Assembly: GCA_017508665.1 (NCBI GenBank)
Contig: JAFVYL010000040.1
Coordinates: 8,309 to 72,308, forward strand
Source of the DNA: Clostridia bacterium
Lineage (GTDB): Bacteria; Bacillota; Clostridia; Oscillospirales; CAG-272
Direction: 5' to 3'
DNA: 64,000 nucleotides
This document shows positions 55,236-64,000 of the stretch, piece after piece. The position numbers were made by a program, and so were the translations under genes. Position 1 is the first letter of the stretch. Every line of letters begins with the position of its first letter. The notes under the pieces are model-generated. The model was not told the origin of the DNA, ran no database searches, and saw only the letters and a list, made by a program, of their open reading frames with translations.

Positions 55236-55817
55236 TTGAAGTTTTTAAATATAAGTGATATAAAGTTAAAGGTAACACTTAGCCCGGAAGATTGTCGGGA
55301 TTACGGCATAGACACCGCTAAGGGTGAGATTTCCACACGCGAGGTCAGACGTGCGGTGCGCGTGATAATAGAGAGAGCGCGTGAGGAGTGCGGCTTTTCA
55401 GTAGGCTCTGACAGGATATTGGTGCAGACGTATCCTTTGCCGAGCGGAGAGTGTGAGCTCCTCATCACAAGACTTAGCGCTGTGCCGCACAGAGAACGCG
55501 CTGTCCTGACGTCCTCTGACGGTATGTCGACGATGGAGCATAGGAGAGGGGTATACCGCTTCTCATCTATTGACGATCTGCGCTCGGCAGTCAGAGCCGC
55601 ATACCGTGAAGATGCGGAGTGCGACCTTTACCTCGATGACCTTGGCAGATATTATCTGCATGTCAGCGAGCACGTCACCGACGGACTCTCCGAGTTTGAG
55701 ATATTCATAGAGTATGGCGAGCGCCTTGCCGCTCTTCCTATAGCCGTCCTCTCGGAATACGGTACTCACCTCGCAGGCCCCCACGCCTTTGAATATGTTA
55801 TGCATGATGAAATATAA
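55236..55817 (+). CDS. MecA-like adaptor protein
   Basis: The N-terminus MKFLNISDIKLKVTLSPEDCRDYGID resembles the MecA N-domain. TTG start, 193 aa. Confidence 0.45.
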   Translation: MKFLNISDIKLKVTLSPEDCRDYGIDTAKGEISTREVRRAVRVIIERAREECGFSVGSDRILVQTYPLPSGECELLITRLSAVPHRERAVLTSSDGMSTMEHRRGVYRFSSIDDLRSAVRAAYREDAECDLYLDDLGRYYLHVSEHVTDGLSEFEIFIEYGERLAALPIAVLSEYGTHLAGPHAFEYVMHDEI

Positions 55818-55941
55818 AAAAACAGAGCGGAAAATGGGTGATGTTCTTAGCGGAGAAATTGAAAACTCTACTAAGTGCGAGCATCGCATTTGTCCGGACA
55901 AATGCAAAATGGGCTAAGCCCAAGCCCTTATACAAACAGAA

Positions 55942-55990
55942 AGAGCAAGAATAGAAGGATTTTCTCCTCTTATTCTTGCTCTTATTTTTT
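55942..55990 (+). terminator. intrinsic terminator
   Basis: AGAGCAAGAATA-17 nt-TATTCTTGCTCT stem followed by TATTTTTT. Confidence 0.75.
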
Positions 55991-55993
55991 CTG

Positions 55994-56272
55994 TCGATAT
56001 ATTCACTTTCGTGAAATATCTTCACGAAAGATGAATTCGATATGTTCTTGCTTTGCTCGAACTCGATATATTGTCGCTTCGCTCCAATTCGATATGAGAT
56101 AAATCCCTTTCGCTTTTGACATATCTCGCCTTTGGTGAGGAATGCAAAAGCATATCGAGTGCGTCAGCACATATCGAGGTTGTATATCTCGCCTGTGGCG
56201 AGGTATGCAAACCATATCGAAAATCCCGTGAGGGATTTATCTCGATGCGTGTTCTCCGTTAAGGATAACACG
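55994..56272. repeat. second mini-hairpin array (TCGATAT / ATATCGA linkers)
   Basis: TCGATAT at 55994, 56037, 56063 and 56089. Its reverse complement ATATCGA at 56152, 56171 and 56214. Small hairpins lie between the linkers. A 38-nt unit is repeated (56121-56159 and 56184-56220). Confidence 0.8.
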
Positions 56273-56309
56273 CTAAATCCGCTCTGTCTTTTATGTACTT
56301 TCCTCGGAA

Positions 56310-59045
56310 TTATTCGGGAAGAATGGGATAGATATAATTCTCAAGGTAGTAAAGACGGTCTGCCTTAACACCAACAACGGCCGCATACTGAGCTCTCATA
56401 TCAGTAAGGCTGAAGTTAGCATTCTTGATCATAGTATGCCACTTATCCTGCTCGGAGTTACCGCCGGTCTGAGCCTTGTAGAACTCACCGAGTGCGTCCT
56501 CGAACGTCTTATCGAAATTAGAACGGACGTTGTAACGGATGTACTGAAGCATCTCTACGTTACCTACTGTGTCAAGCACCTGAGGGGTAGCCTTGAGCTT
56601 GTAATCGTAGTACTCGATAAGTACCTTGTTAGAATTGGTGGACTGATAGTTGAGGTAAGCTGTGCACTGTGCAAACTTCCGAGTAGAGAATGCGATAGCA
56701 CCGATCTTACCGTTGTTATGGATCTGAGTGAGGTAATCGTCGCCGCCCTCGGAGTGATAAAGCGGAACGGGAGCGATACCGTAACCCTTCTTACCTGCGC
56801 CCTTCATGCCGAGGTAATCCTCATGCTCAAGAGCACCAAGCAGGGTAACGCCGCCGAAGAGGATCTTACCGTTCGCAAAGTTATGGCGGATAGCCTCGGT
56901 GTCGTTAGCAAAGCCTGCGGCACGAGCCTCGTTAGTGCTTACGGTGATAACACCGTTAGTGTTAACAAGTTCGGAAAGGTTCTTACAGAATACGTCGAGC
57001 TGCTCGAAGGTAGCATATTCGCCATTATCGTTGAACTCGAACTGACCGGGAGCTACTTCCTTGGTGTTGGGGTAGTTGTAGGTGTACTCAATGGTATCGA
57101 AAGTTCTGTTAACGATAGTGATAGAGGTGCTGTAAAGCATACCGGATGCGGGAAGACCTGAACCGGTACCGAGTGCAAAGCCAACTCTGTCTGCGATAGT
57201 GATGTTAGCGTCGCCGCCCTGCTCTTGAACAATAGCCTCGGAGAAGGCAGCGAGAGTCTCGTAGGTCCAATTCATGTTCCATACGAGATCATAGAAATCG
57301 ATGATGTCGTACTTGCCGTTCTCGTTAGAGTCGTAGTTGAACTCACCCTCAACGTTGGAGGGAGTGATCATCTCAAGAAGCTCAATGTTAACGGGAACTA
57401 CCATCGATGCCCGTATTGCGTCGATAAAGTAGTCGGAAGAAAGGCAATACATCTTCCACTTGGAAAGGGTGAGAGATCTCATGTACTCGTACATGTAGTC
57501 TACACCGGTATCCTCGTAGGTTCTGTCATCCTCGAATGCGAAGTAGTTGTACTCAGTGCCTGCATACTGATGGCCATCCTCATACATAGTGGTGGAGTAG
57601 AGGTTAGCAAAGTTACCTCTGAGAGAGGAAGCTACCATATCGTATACGAAGCTGATGAATACGTCGGGAGTCTCAGGGTCACCGCTCTTTACAAGCTCAT
57701 CGATGAAATAGATGCTCTGGCTCCAACCATAGCTTGCACCGTCGGGAAGGTACAGATACTTAGCCTTAACGTTGGTAACATTTTCCGCGTCAGCGTTTCT
57801 GTCTGCTACGTAGTCATCTACGTGAGCCTGATCATCCTCATAACCGGAAAGGTCACCTGCGAGATATCTTCTGGAAGTAGAAGGAAGCTGAGAAGAGTTA
57901 GAGTCCTCGTTTATGCAGATGGTAATGTCTGTCTTGCTCCAAGGATATGGACTGTCTGACGATATCCACATAGCATAGAAAGTGTGTGAAGAGAAGAAGT
58001 CGATCGAATTTAAAGCGGATGAATAATCGGTATACCAACCGGCAAAAATATAGCCTTCCTTAGTGGGGTCGCTGAGCTGTATCGGATATCTATCTCCGCT
58101 ATATATTACAGTCGGATTATTGTACGAGTTTGTACCACCGTCAAGCTCATATCTGACGGGCGCACTCCATCTTCCTACAAGGGAGATGTCATCGGTTATA
58201 GGCGTGTTGAAGTCCCATTTTGTGTTACCGTTATACCATCCCTCAAACGTCCATCCTGATACTGAAGGGGGTATCGGCTCGGATATTGTAGTTCCGGTGA
58301 CCACCGACGTTCTGAATACAAAGTCTGCGGTCTGGCATACAACTTCATGCACCTTTACCCAGCTTGCGGTCAAGTCGAGACTTGAGGTTACAGGGGCGTT
58401 GAAGTCCCATTTTGTGCCGTTGTTATACCAACCGTCAAAAGCGTAGCCGCTTTTACTCGGCTCTTCGGGTTCTGTTATTTTATCTCCGTACTGTGCGTTC
58501 TGGGAGCTTAGCAAGACTCCGTTTTCATTGACGAACCTTATCGTATAGGTCAGTGAATTCCATCTGGCGGTAAGCGTGATATCTTCGGTGACCGAGTATC
58601 CGATAAAGGACCAAGCCTCATCACCTACATACCAACCGATGAAGATTGAGCCATCCTTGTTAGGATCTGCAGGCTTTTGAATTTTACCTCCGTGCTCAAC
58701 CGCTTGGGTGGAGATTAGTGTACCGTCTTCGTCAACGAAATTGACGTTGTATGTCAATACGTTCCATTTTGCCTTAAGAGTTATACTCTCGGTTACGGTA
58801 GAGCTGAAGTCCCACTTTGAGTCTTCGAGATACCAGCCGGCGAATACATAGCCGTCTTTAGTGGGATCCTCAGGCTCGACAATAGGTTCATCTTTTGATA
58901 CGCGTTGCTCTGCAATTTTACTGCCGCCATCTGTATCAAAGGTAATTGTGAACGTGTCATCGGTGAAACGACCAAAATAGTCGCATGAAACAAATGTAAA
59001 GCAAAGCAGTACCAATGCTAAAGCAATAAGCAAATACTTTTTCAT
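56310..59045 (-). CDS. lipoprotein with five InlB-B/Listeria-Bacteroides repeats and a large uncharacterised C-terminal domain (911 aa)
   Basis: Lipobox FVSC. Five about 65-aa units with a ...P.K.GY.F.GWY......WDF... pattern. The C-terminal about 550 aa is unassigned and may be solute-binding-like. Confidence 0.6.
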   Translation of the reverse strand: MKKYLLIALALVLLCFTFVSCDYFGRFTDDTFTITFDTDGGSKIAEQRVSKDEPIVEPEDPTKDGYVFAGWYLEDSKWDFSSTVTESITLKAKWNVLTYNVNFVDEDGTLISTQAVEHGGKIQKPADPNKDGSIFIGWYVGDEAWSFIGYSVTEDITLTARWNSLTYTIRFVNENGVLLSSQNAQYGDKITEPEEPSKSGYAFDGWYNNGTKWDFNAPVTSSLDLTASWVKVHEVVCQTADFVFRTSVVTGTTISEPIPPSVSGWTFEGWYNGNTKWDFNTPITDDISLVGRWSAPVRYELDGGTNSYNNPTVIYSGDRYPIQLSDPTKEGYIFAGWYTDYSSALNSIDFFSSHTFYAMWISSDSPYPWSKTDITICINEDSNSSQLPSTSRRYLAGDLSGYEDDQAHVDDYVADRNADAENVTNVKAKYLYLPDGASYGWSQSIYFIDELVKSGDPETPDVFISFVYDMVASSLRGNFANLYSTTMYEDGHQYAGTEYNYFAFEDDRTYEDTGVDYMYEYMRSLTLSKWKMYCLSSDYFIDAIRASMVVPVNIELLEMITPSNVEGEFNYDSNENGKYDIIDFYDLVWNMNWTYETLAAFSEAIVQEQGGDANITIADRVGFALGTGSGLPASGMLYSTSITIVNRTFDTIEYTYNYPNTKEVAPGQFEFNDNGEYATFEQLDVFCKNLSELVNTNGVITVSTNEARAAGFANDTEAIRHNFANGKILFGGVTLLGALEHEDYLGMKGAGKKGYGIAPVPLYHSEGGDDYLTQIHNNGKIGAIAFSTRKFAQCTAYLNYQSTNSNKVLIEYYDYKLKATPQVLDTVGNVEMLQYIRYNVRSNFDKTFEDALGEFYKAQTGGNSEQDKWHTMIKNANFSLTDMRAQYAAVVGVKADRLYYLENYIYPILPE

Positions 59046-59180
59046 ACCTAACTCCTTTCATTTTTCTGGATTTGGCGGTCATTTGTATATTTCCGTCCTC
59101 CATAATTTAATTGTAACACAATTTTCATAGAAATTCAATATACATATATTATCAAAAAAATAGGGAAAATGCACAAATGT

Positions 59181-59208
59181 AAAAAAGTCGCAGATCAATC
59201 CTGCGACT
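59181..59208 (-). terminator. intrinsic terminator of the rpiB operon
   Basis: AGTCGCAG-7 nt-CTGCGACT stem followed by T6 on the minus strand. Confidence 0.7.
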
Positions 59209-59226
59209 TTTCATAAAGGGAAAATT

Positions 59227-59679
59227 TTACTTATTCTCGATCTCCATCATCATTTCGACACGCACGGCATGGCGGCCGCCCTCAAAACCGTTTGAGAGAA
59301 ACGCATCTACTATGTCAAGAGCGAGGCATGAACCGATGACTCTCGCGCCTATGCAGAGCACGTTGGCATCGTTGTGCTGTCTTGTCATTTTTGCAGAATA
59401 GGTATCCGAGCAAACTGCCGCACGGATGCCTTTATACTTGTTGGCACACATGGACATGCCTATACCCGTGCCGCAAATAAGGATGCCAAAGGAGGTGTCG
59501 AGCTCTTTTTTTACATTCTCGCATACCGCACCTGCAAAGTCGGGATAATGGCAGGATGCAGTGCTGTCTGTTCCGCAGTCTACAACCTCGTATCCGCGCT
59601 CAAGAAGGTAGGGGATAACCTCGCGTTTAAGCTCATATCCGGCACTGTCAGCACCGATGTAAATCTTTCTTTTCTCCAT
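59227..59679 (-). CDS. rpiB: ribose-5-phosphate isomerase B
   Basis: IYIGADSAGYELK and CGTGIGMSMCANKYKGIRAA motifs, 150 aa. Confidence 0.9.
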   Translation of the reverse strand: MEKRKIYIGADSAGYELKREVIPYLLERGYEVVDCGTDSTASCHYPDFAGAVCENVKKELDTSFGILICGTGIGMSMCANKYKGIRAAVCSDTYSAKMTRQHNDANVLCIGARVIGSCLALDIVDAFLSNGFEGGRHAVRVEMMMEIENK

Positions 59680-59680
59680 C

Positions 59681-60406
59681 TTATCTCTCCTTGCCTGAAT
59701 TTTCTTTTTCTGCGAGTCTTTCGAGTCTCTCGCGCTCAGCCTGCGGCATGCGCAGATATGTGGGTGCTATTTCAAGATCTGTCGTGTACTCGCCCAGGTC
59801 GTATTTTCTTTTAGCTATCTTAGCTACCGAATAGGCGTTTTCGGTTATGAGAAGCTCCGGAGTATTCTGCACAGTGACTCCCGCTGCCTCAAGGCCGCGT
59901 TTAGCAACATCGTAACCGTCACCCGAGAGGTATATCGGCTCGTCATACTTCTTGAGCTCGTCCGCGAGCTCTGTTATAGAGATAGCTCTGTCAGGCGTTA
60001 GCTTTTCGAGTATACCGCCCTTGCCTCTGTAGGTTGCGGTGTAGACCTGCTGACGTCTTGCATCCATACAGGGAACTATGATTCCCTCAAGTCCCGCGAG
60101 ATTTTCCGCGAGCTCATCAAGAGTGGAAACGGATACGCAGGGAATATTTCTGCCGAATGCGATGCCCTTTACAAGGGCAACACCTATTCTTACGCCTGTA
60201 AATGAGCCGGGTCCTACCGCACATGCAAGCAGCTCAACGTCCGAGAAAGTGAGTCCGAGGCTCTTTAGGATATTCTCGGCCATGGGGAGAAGTAATTCGC
60301 TCTGTGTCAGACCGTTGTCAATATTATACAGTGCGAGCAGCTTCTCATCATCGCACACCGCGACCGATGCCGCCTTGGCCGTACTGTCAAATGCAAGTGT
60401 TATCAT
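59681..60406 (-). CDS. tsaB: tRNA t6A37 biosynthesis protein TsaB
   Basis: ITLAFDSTAKAASVAV...GPGSFTGVRIGVA signature, adjacent to tsaE. Confidence 0.85.
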   Translation of the reverse strand: MITLAFDSTAKAASVAVCDDEKLLALYNIDNGLTQSELLLPMAENILKSLGLTFSDVELLACAVGPGSFTGVRIGVALVKGIAFGRNIPCVSVSTLDELAENLAGLEGIIVPCMDARRQQVYTATYRGKGGILEKLTPDRAISITELADELKKYDEPIYLSGDGYDVAKRGLEAAGVTVQNTPELLITENAYSVAKIAKRKYDLGEYTTDLEIAPTYLRMPQAERERLERLAEKENSGKER

Positions 60407-60840
60407 AATTCAACTCCCTCAATGATAATATCTCTCGCCGATTCGTTCTCCGCCACTCTCGATATCGTGACGGTGATAGCATCGTCGGGGATATACTCGG
60501 GTACTCGCTCACTCCACTCAACGATAGAATAAGCATCCGACTCAACGTACTCGTGATAGCCTATGCTCTCAAGATCGTCAGAGCCGTCTATTCTGTATAG
60601 GTCAAAGTGGTAGATCCTCTTACCGCCTGCGCGGTACTCGTTCACGATAGTGTAGGTCGGACTCTTGACGTTGGCACGTCCAAAGTGGGATACAAATCCT
60701 CTTGTAAAGACTGTTTTGCCCACGCCCATCTCACCTCTCATGGCAATATAAGCGCGTTTTTTGTCAAGTATAGTTAACTTTTCTGCGAGTTTTTTACCGA
60801 TTTCTTCGGTCTCGACGTCATTGTATACTCTGTAGATCAT
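60403..60840 (-). CDS. tsaE: tRNA t6A37 biosynthesis ATPase TsaE
   Basis: GEMGVGKTVFTRG Walker A and SPTYTIVNEY motif. Confidence 0.88.
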   Translation of the reverse strand: MIYRVYNDVETEEIGKKLAEKLTILDKKRAYIAMRGEMGVGKTVFTRGFVSHFGRANVKSPTYTIVNEYRAGGKRIYHFDLYRIDGSDDLESIGYHEYVESDAYSIVEWSERVPEYIPDDAITVTISRVAENESARDIIIEGVEL

Positions 60841-60852
60841 ATTGTATTCCGA

Positions 60853-62025
60853 TCAGATGTTTTTTAAATATTCGTTCTTCATATCTCCGAGGACGTACTC
60901 GAGGATAGCCTTATATCTCTCCCTTGCGGCATCGTTGCCCTCACTCTTGCGGATAGCCTTGATCAGCGTGTTCTTGGGAGTGTCGTCGGGATCGACGAGC
61001 TCGAGTGCCGCCACAGAGTAGCCGTACGCCTCAAGTCTCGCGGCTCTTATCGCATCGGTCAGGACGTCGCCGAGCTTGTTTCTCAGATGTGGGTATTCGG
61101 TGACAAAGGCGAGAGCAGGGGACTTGATTTTATCGTTTATGTGCCTGTGACAGCAAGGGGTAGAGAGTATCACTCCTGTGCCAAGCTCCGCCGCCTTGTT
61201 TATTACTATATCCGTGGCTATATCGCACGCGTGGAGTGAGATGACCATATCGGGCACAACTCCCCTAGGGGTATTCCGTACGTCATCGGTGACAAAGGTC
61301 ATACCGCTATAGCCGAGTGTGTCTGCGAGCTCCTGACACCATTTGATGCAGTCGCGCTTGAGGTCGATGCCGAGCATCTTGACCCCTCTCTTTTTTCTCT
61401 CGGTGAGATAATAATATACCGCGAAGCTTAGGTAGCTCTTTCCGCAGCAGAGGTCATACACTGTGATATCCCCCGTCCTCGGGAGCTTCGGATATACGTC
61501 CTCGATTATCTCGAGAAAGCGGTTTATCTGTCTGAATTTACCTTGACGCTTGTCATGTACACGCCCTGTTTTATCACTGATCCCGAGCTTTATGAGAAAC
61601 TCTTCACCGCCTGTGAGCAGATAGTTTTTCTTGTTATCAAGCGCCTCTATAGCCGCCTCAAAGTCTGCACGGCTGCCGCTTAACTTGTTTTTTAGCTTGT
61701 CCGCGCCGAGGAGGGCCTCTTTACCGGACTTCGATAGCTTCCATTCCACGTCCCCCTCAGTAGTGATGAGGTTAGCCTGCATATAATCACCGAGCAGCTC
61801 CGCGATCATATCACCGACGGAGTCCTCGCTTACGTTTTTGTGCGATACAGTATTTCCGGGGAGATTATACTCAAACGCGAGCATTCGTCTGCCTCTGTGA
61901 GCTACGAGTCTTGCGGATACCTTCTGTATTTCGTTATCTCGCGGACGTGAGAAGACAAGCTTTTTTAGTACTTCCTTCTCGGCGGCAAGAAGCACCGCTT
62001 CTATGAACGATTCGGCTTTAGTCAT
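60853..62025 (-). CDS. class I SAM-dependent methyltransferase (N-terminal extension, unknown substrate)
   Basis: VYDLCCGKSYLSF (motif I-like) and LHACDIATD segments, 390 aa. Confidence 0.6.
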   Translation of the reverse strand: MTKAESFIEAVLLAAEKEVLKKLVFSRPRDNEIQKVSARLVAHRGRRMLAFEYNLPGNTVSHKNVSEDSVGDMIAELLGDYMQANLITTEGDVEWKLSKSGKEALLGADKLKNKLSGSRADFEAAIEALDNKKNYLLTGGEEFLIKLGISDKTGRVHDKRQGKFRQINRFLEIIEDVYPKLPRTGDITVYDLCCGKSYLSFAVYYYLTERKKRGVKMLGIDLKRDCIKWCQELADTLGYSGMTFVTDDVRNTPRGVVPDMVISLHACDIATDIVINKAAELGTGVILSTPCCHRHINDKIKSPALAFVTEYPHLRNKLGDVLTDAIRAARLEAYGYSVAALELVDPDDTPKNTLIKAIRKSEGNDAARERYKAILEYVLGDMKNEYLKNI

Positions 62026-62731
62026 GCTTTTTCTTTCTTAAGTAAGTTTTTCTTTCTGTTCTCTCGGATATTCTCTGCAGATTTCCTCTGTGGCACCATA
62101 CGATAAGGCAGGCGAGGATTATGGACGCCAGCGCGATCTCACCGTACATCGCACCTCCTATAATGGAAAACGTACCGTGCAGAATGACAGGATAGAGCAT
62201 CGCCGCACATACCGATGCGAGAGATACGTAGTGTGACATAGCAAATACGGCAGCAAATACGCCGAATAGGATAGCAAAGGGAAGAGGGCTGAGGATGAGG
62301 GCCATCGTCGAGGTAACAAGAACACCCTTACCGCCTTTGAATTTATAGTATATGGGAAATACGTGTCCGAGAACGGCGAACAGACCTGCAAAGTAGCAGT
62401 ATCCCTGAATGGAGATTCCTGCGGGAATGTATCGGAATCCGAACACAAGTCCTGCGATGAATATAGAAAGCGCGGTTTTTCCAAGGTCACCTGCAAGTGT
62501 AAGCAGTGCCGCCTTGCCGCCGTAGGTACGGAGCATATTCGTCATACCGCCGTTACCGCTGCCGTGCTTACGTATGTCGTCCTTGTACACGAGCTTTGAG
62601 AAAAGAATAGCAGAGTTTATGCTTCCGAGAAGATAGGATACGGTGAGCACCGCAAAAAGAGACCCGAAAAGAACTAACGGGTGACATCCATCGGGGAAGA
62701 AATACTCGATCAATCCATTGTTAAGATTCAT
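62018..62731 (-). CDS. plsY: glycerol-3-phosphate acyltransferase PlsY
   Basis: HGSGNGGMTN and GGKG motifs with multiple TM helices. Confidence 0.85.
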   Translation of the reverse strand: MNLNNGLIEYFFPDGCHPLVLFGSLFAVLTVSYLLGSINSAILFSKLVYKDDIRKHGSGNGGMTNMLRTYGGKAALLTLAGDLGKTALSIFIAGLVFGFRYIPAGISIQGYCYFAGLFAVLGHVFPIYYKFKGGKGVLVTSTMALILSPLPFAILFGVFAAVFAMSHYVSLASVCAAMLYPVILHGTFSIIGGAMYGEIALASIILACLIVWCHRGNLQRISERTERKTYLRKKKHD

Positions 62732-62902
62732 AAAAACCTCCTTAATGTAATCAAGTGAATGTGGGAAGTGCCGTTAAGCAATATTTTGCTAAATACATTA
62801 TATAACATTACGCGCATAAAGTCAATATTATATTGGCGAGACTACCTTGCTTTTTTCACGCCCGTATGCTAAAATATAAGCATAACGCACGGAGAGAGGA
62901 CT

Positions 62903-63712
62903 ATGAAAGACACCTTAAGAAATTATTTTTCATCCCAAAATATAGAATATTATGCCGTTCTGCCGTACAGTGCTTGCCGCGAGATCAATCCCGGTATTAT
63001 GCAAAGAGAGGACTTTACACCAAAGAGCGTGATAGTTTATCTTCTGCCGTATTACACGGGCGAGACGGTAAATCTATCTCGCTATGCAGCCTCGCTTGAC
63101 TATCATATCGCGCTGAGAGAGTGCGCTGACGGGCTTATATCTGCGCTAAGGACGGTATCTCCCGATATACGCGCCAAGGGGTACGGTGACCATAGCCCTA
63201 TTTCCGAGGTGTCTGCCGCACTTATCGCAGGGCTCGGTGCTATCGGCGACAACGGATTGATCCTCAACGAGAAATATGGCTCGTATGTTTTTATCGGAGA
63301 TGTTGTGACCGATATTCCCCCGGAGCTTCTCGGTGCCATAGAGCCGCGCGAGGTTATGACCTGTCACCATTGCGGCGCGTGTAAGAGAGCCTGCCCGACA
63401 GGAATACTTCGCGCAGAGGGGCAGGATTGCCTTAGTGCAATAACTCAGCGCAAGGGCGATTTGACCGAAGAAGAGAAGGGAATTATGCGTGAATACAACA
63501 CTGCATGGGGCTGTGACCTTTGTCAGAGTGTATGCCCGTACAACCGTGACCCTGCGATAACTCCTATAGATTTCTTCCACCGTGAGCGCATATCCGAGCT
63601 TACTCGCGATCTTCTCGATTCGATGGATAAATCATCGTTTATGCGACGCGCATTCGCTTGGCGCGGAAGAAAAACCGTTGAGCGCAATCTTGACATCCTA
63701 TCAGATAAATAA
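62903..63712 (+). CDS. 4Fe-4S protein, epoxyqueuosine-reductase (QueG)-like
   Basis: Two ferredoxin-type motifs, CHHCGACKRACP and CDLCQSVCP, with an N-terminal DUF1730-like region. Confidence 0.55.
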   Translation: MKDTLRNYFSSQNIEYYAVLPYSACREINPGIMQREDFTPKSVIVYLLPYYTGETVNLSRYAASLDYHIALRECADGLISALRTVSPDIRAKGYGDHSPISEVSAALIAGLGAIGDNGLILNEKYGSYVFIGDVVTDIPPELLGAIEPREVMTCHHCGACKRACPTGILRAEGQDCLSAITQRKGDLTEEEKGIMREYNTAWGCDLCQSVCPYNRDPAITPIDFFHRERISELTRDLLDSMDKSSFMRRAFAWRGRKTVERNLDILSDK

Positions 63713-63716
63713 AATG

Positions 63717-63752
63717 ACCCGCCGTGGTACTCACGGCGGGTTTTATCATTTT
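63717..63752. terminator. bidirectional intrinsic terminator
   Basis: ACCCGCCGTG-gtact-CACGGCGGGT stem with T-rich tracts on both sides. Confidence 0.75.
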
Positions 63753-63756
63753 GAAA

Positions 63757-64000
63757 TTAAAGTGAATCTGCCATTTCAAATATTAGCTTTTCGGTCTTAT
63801 TCCAACCGAGGCAGGGGTCTGTTATAGATTTGCCGTACACCTCGCACTCGGAGATCTCTTGCGCTCCGTCCTCGAGATAGCTTTCTATCATAAAGCCCTT
63901 GACAAGAGATGCGACGGAATCGGATTTTCGCATACTATTTAACACGTCCCCGACTATTTTAGGCTGTTCGAGGTGGTTTTTGCCCGAGTTGGCATGGTTT
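63757..64000 (-). CDS. 3-deoxy-7-phosphoheptulonate (DAHP) synthase, AroG-like, 3' part only (runs off the window)
   Basis: HANSGKNH...MIESYLEDGAQ...YGKSITDPCLGW matches the class I DAHP synthase C-terminus. The frame stays open to position 64000. Confidence 0.75.
   Translation of the reverse strand, partial: NHANSGKNHLEQPKIVGDVLNSMRKSDSVASLVKGFMIESYLEDGAQEISECEVYGKSITDPCLGWNKTEKLIFEMADSL

Noticed and set aside
55798-56368. Five overlapping 60-78-aa ORFs in the second hairpin-array region. The similar ORF 25600-25854 lies in the first region.
   Set aside because: They overlap each other on both strands across palindromic repeats, lack RBSs, and their peptide repeats simply mirror the DNA repeats.

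Overview
This window is chromosomal DNA from a spore-forming Firmicute. By inference it is Clostridia or Oscillospirales-like, based on the cotJABC operon, SLH and BspA-type LRR surface proteins, and a queT gene with a preQ1-type leader. Most of it is ordinary core genome. It contains a glycan-utilisation patch (GH78 rhamnosidase, esterase, FAD oxidoreductase, GH2). It also contains aspS, the conserved nrdR-yicC-remA-rpoZ-priA-def-fmt-rsmB-rlmN-rsgA block, rplJ-rplL with an L10 leader, nfnAB-like genes, nnr, tmRNA, rpiB-tsaB-tsaE-plsY and several very large surface proteins. The part that ordinary annotation does not explain lies between the rplL terminator and the 3' end of cotJC (about 23.63-25.79 kb). 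It holds a mosaic pseudo-copy of the rplL 3' end with two inserts, one of them MITE-like. It also holds two AT-rich gene cassettes that share conserved 5' (stem-loop, promoter, RBS) and 3' (122-bp multi-hairpin) boundary modules but carry unrelated ORFs. Around these sit arrays of mini-hairpins in which short linkers are conserved, stems vary and linker polarity flips midway. An array with the same design lies at 55.8-56.3 kb. No recombinase, cas gene or transposase is present in the window. Secondary observations include a 1690-aa transmembrane protein whose cytoplasmic C-terminus is a clear uL15 (ribosomal protein L15) C-terminal domain homolog. There is also an in-frame TAG splitting a PAP2 phosphatase gene, a 72-bp tandem duplication over the rlmN stop codon, and a lipoprotein gene built from eight near-identical 75-bp YD-type repeats. 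All functional calls rest on motif and family recognition by eye; no database search was run.
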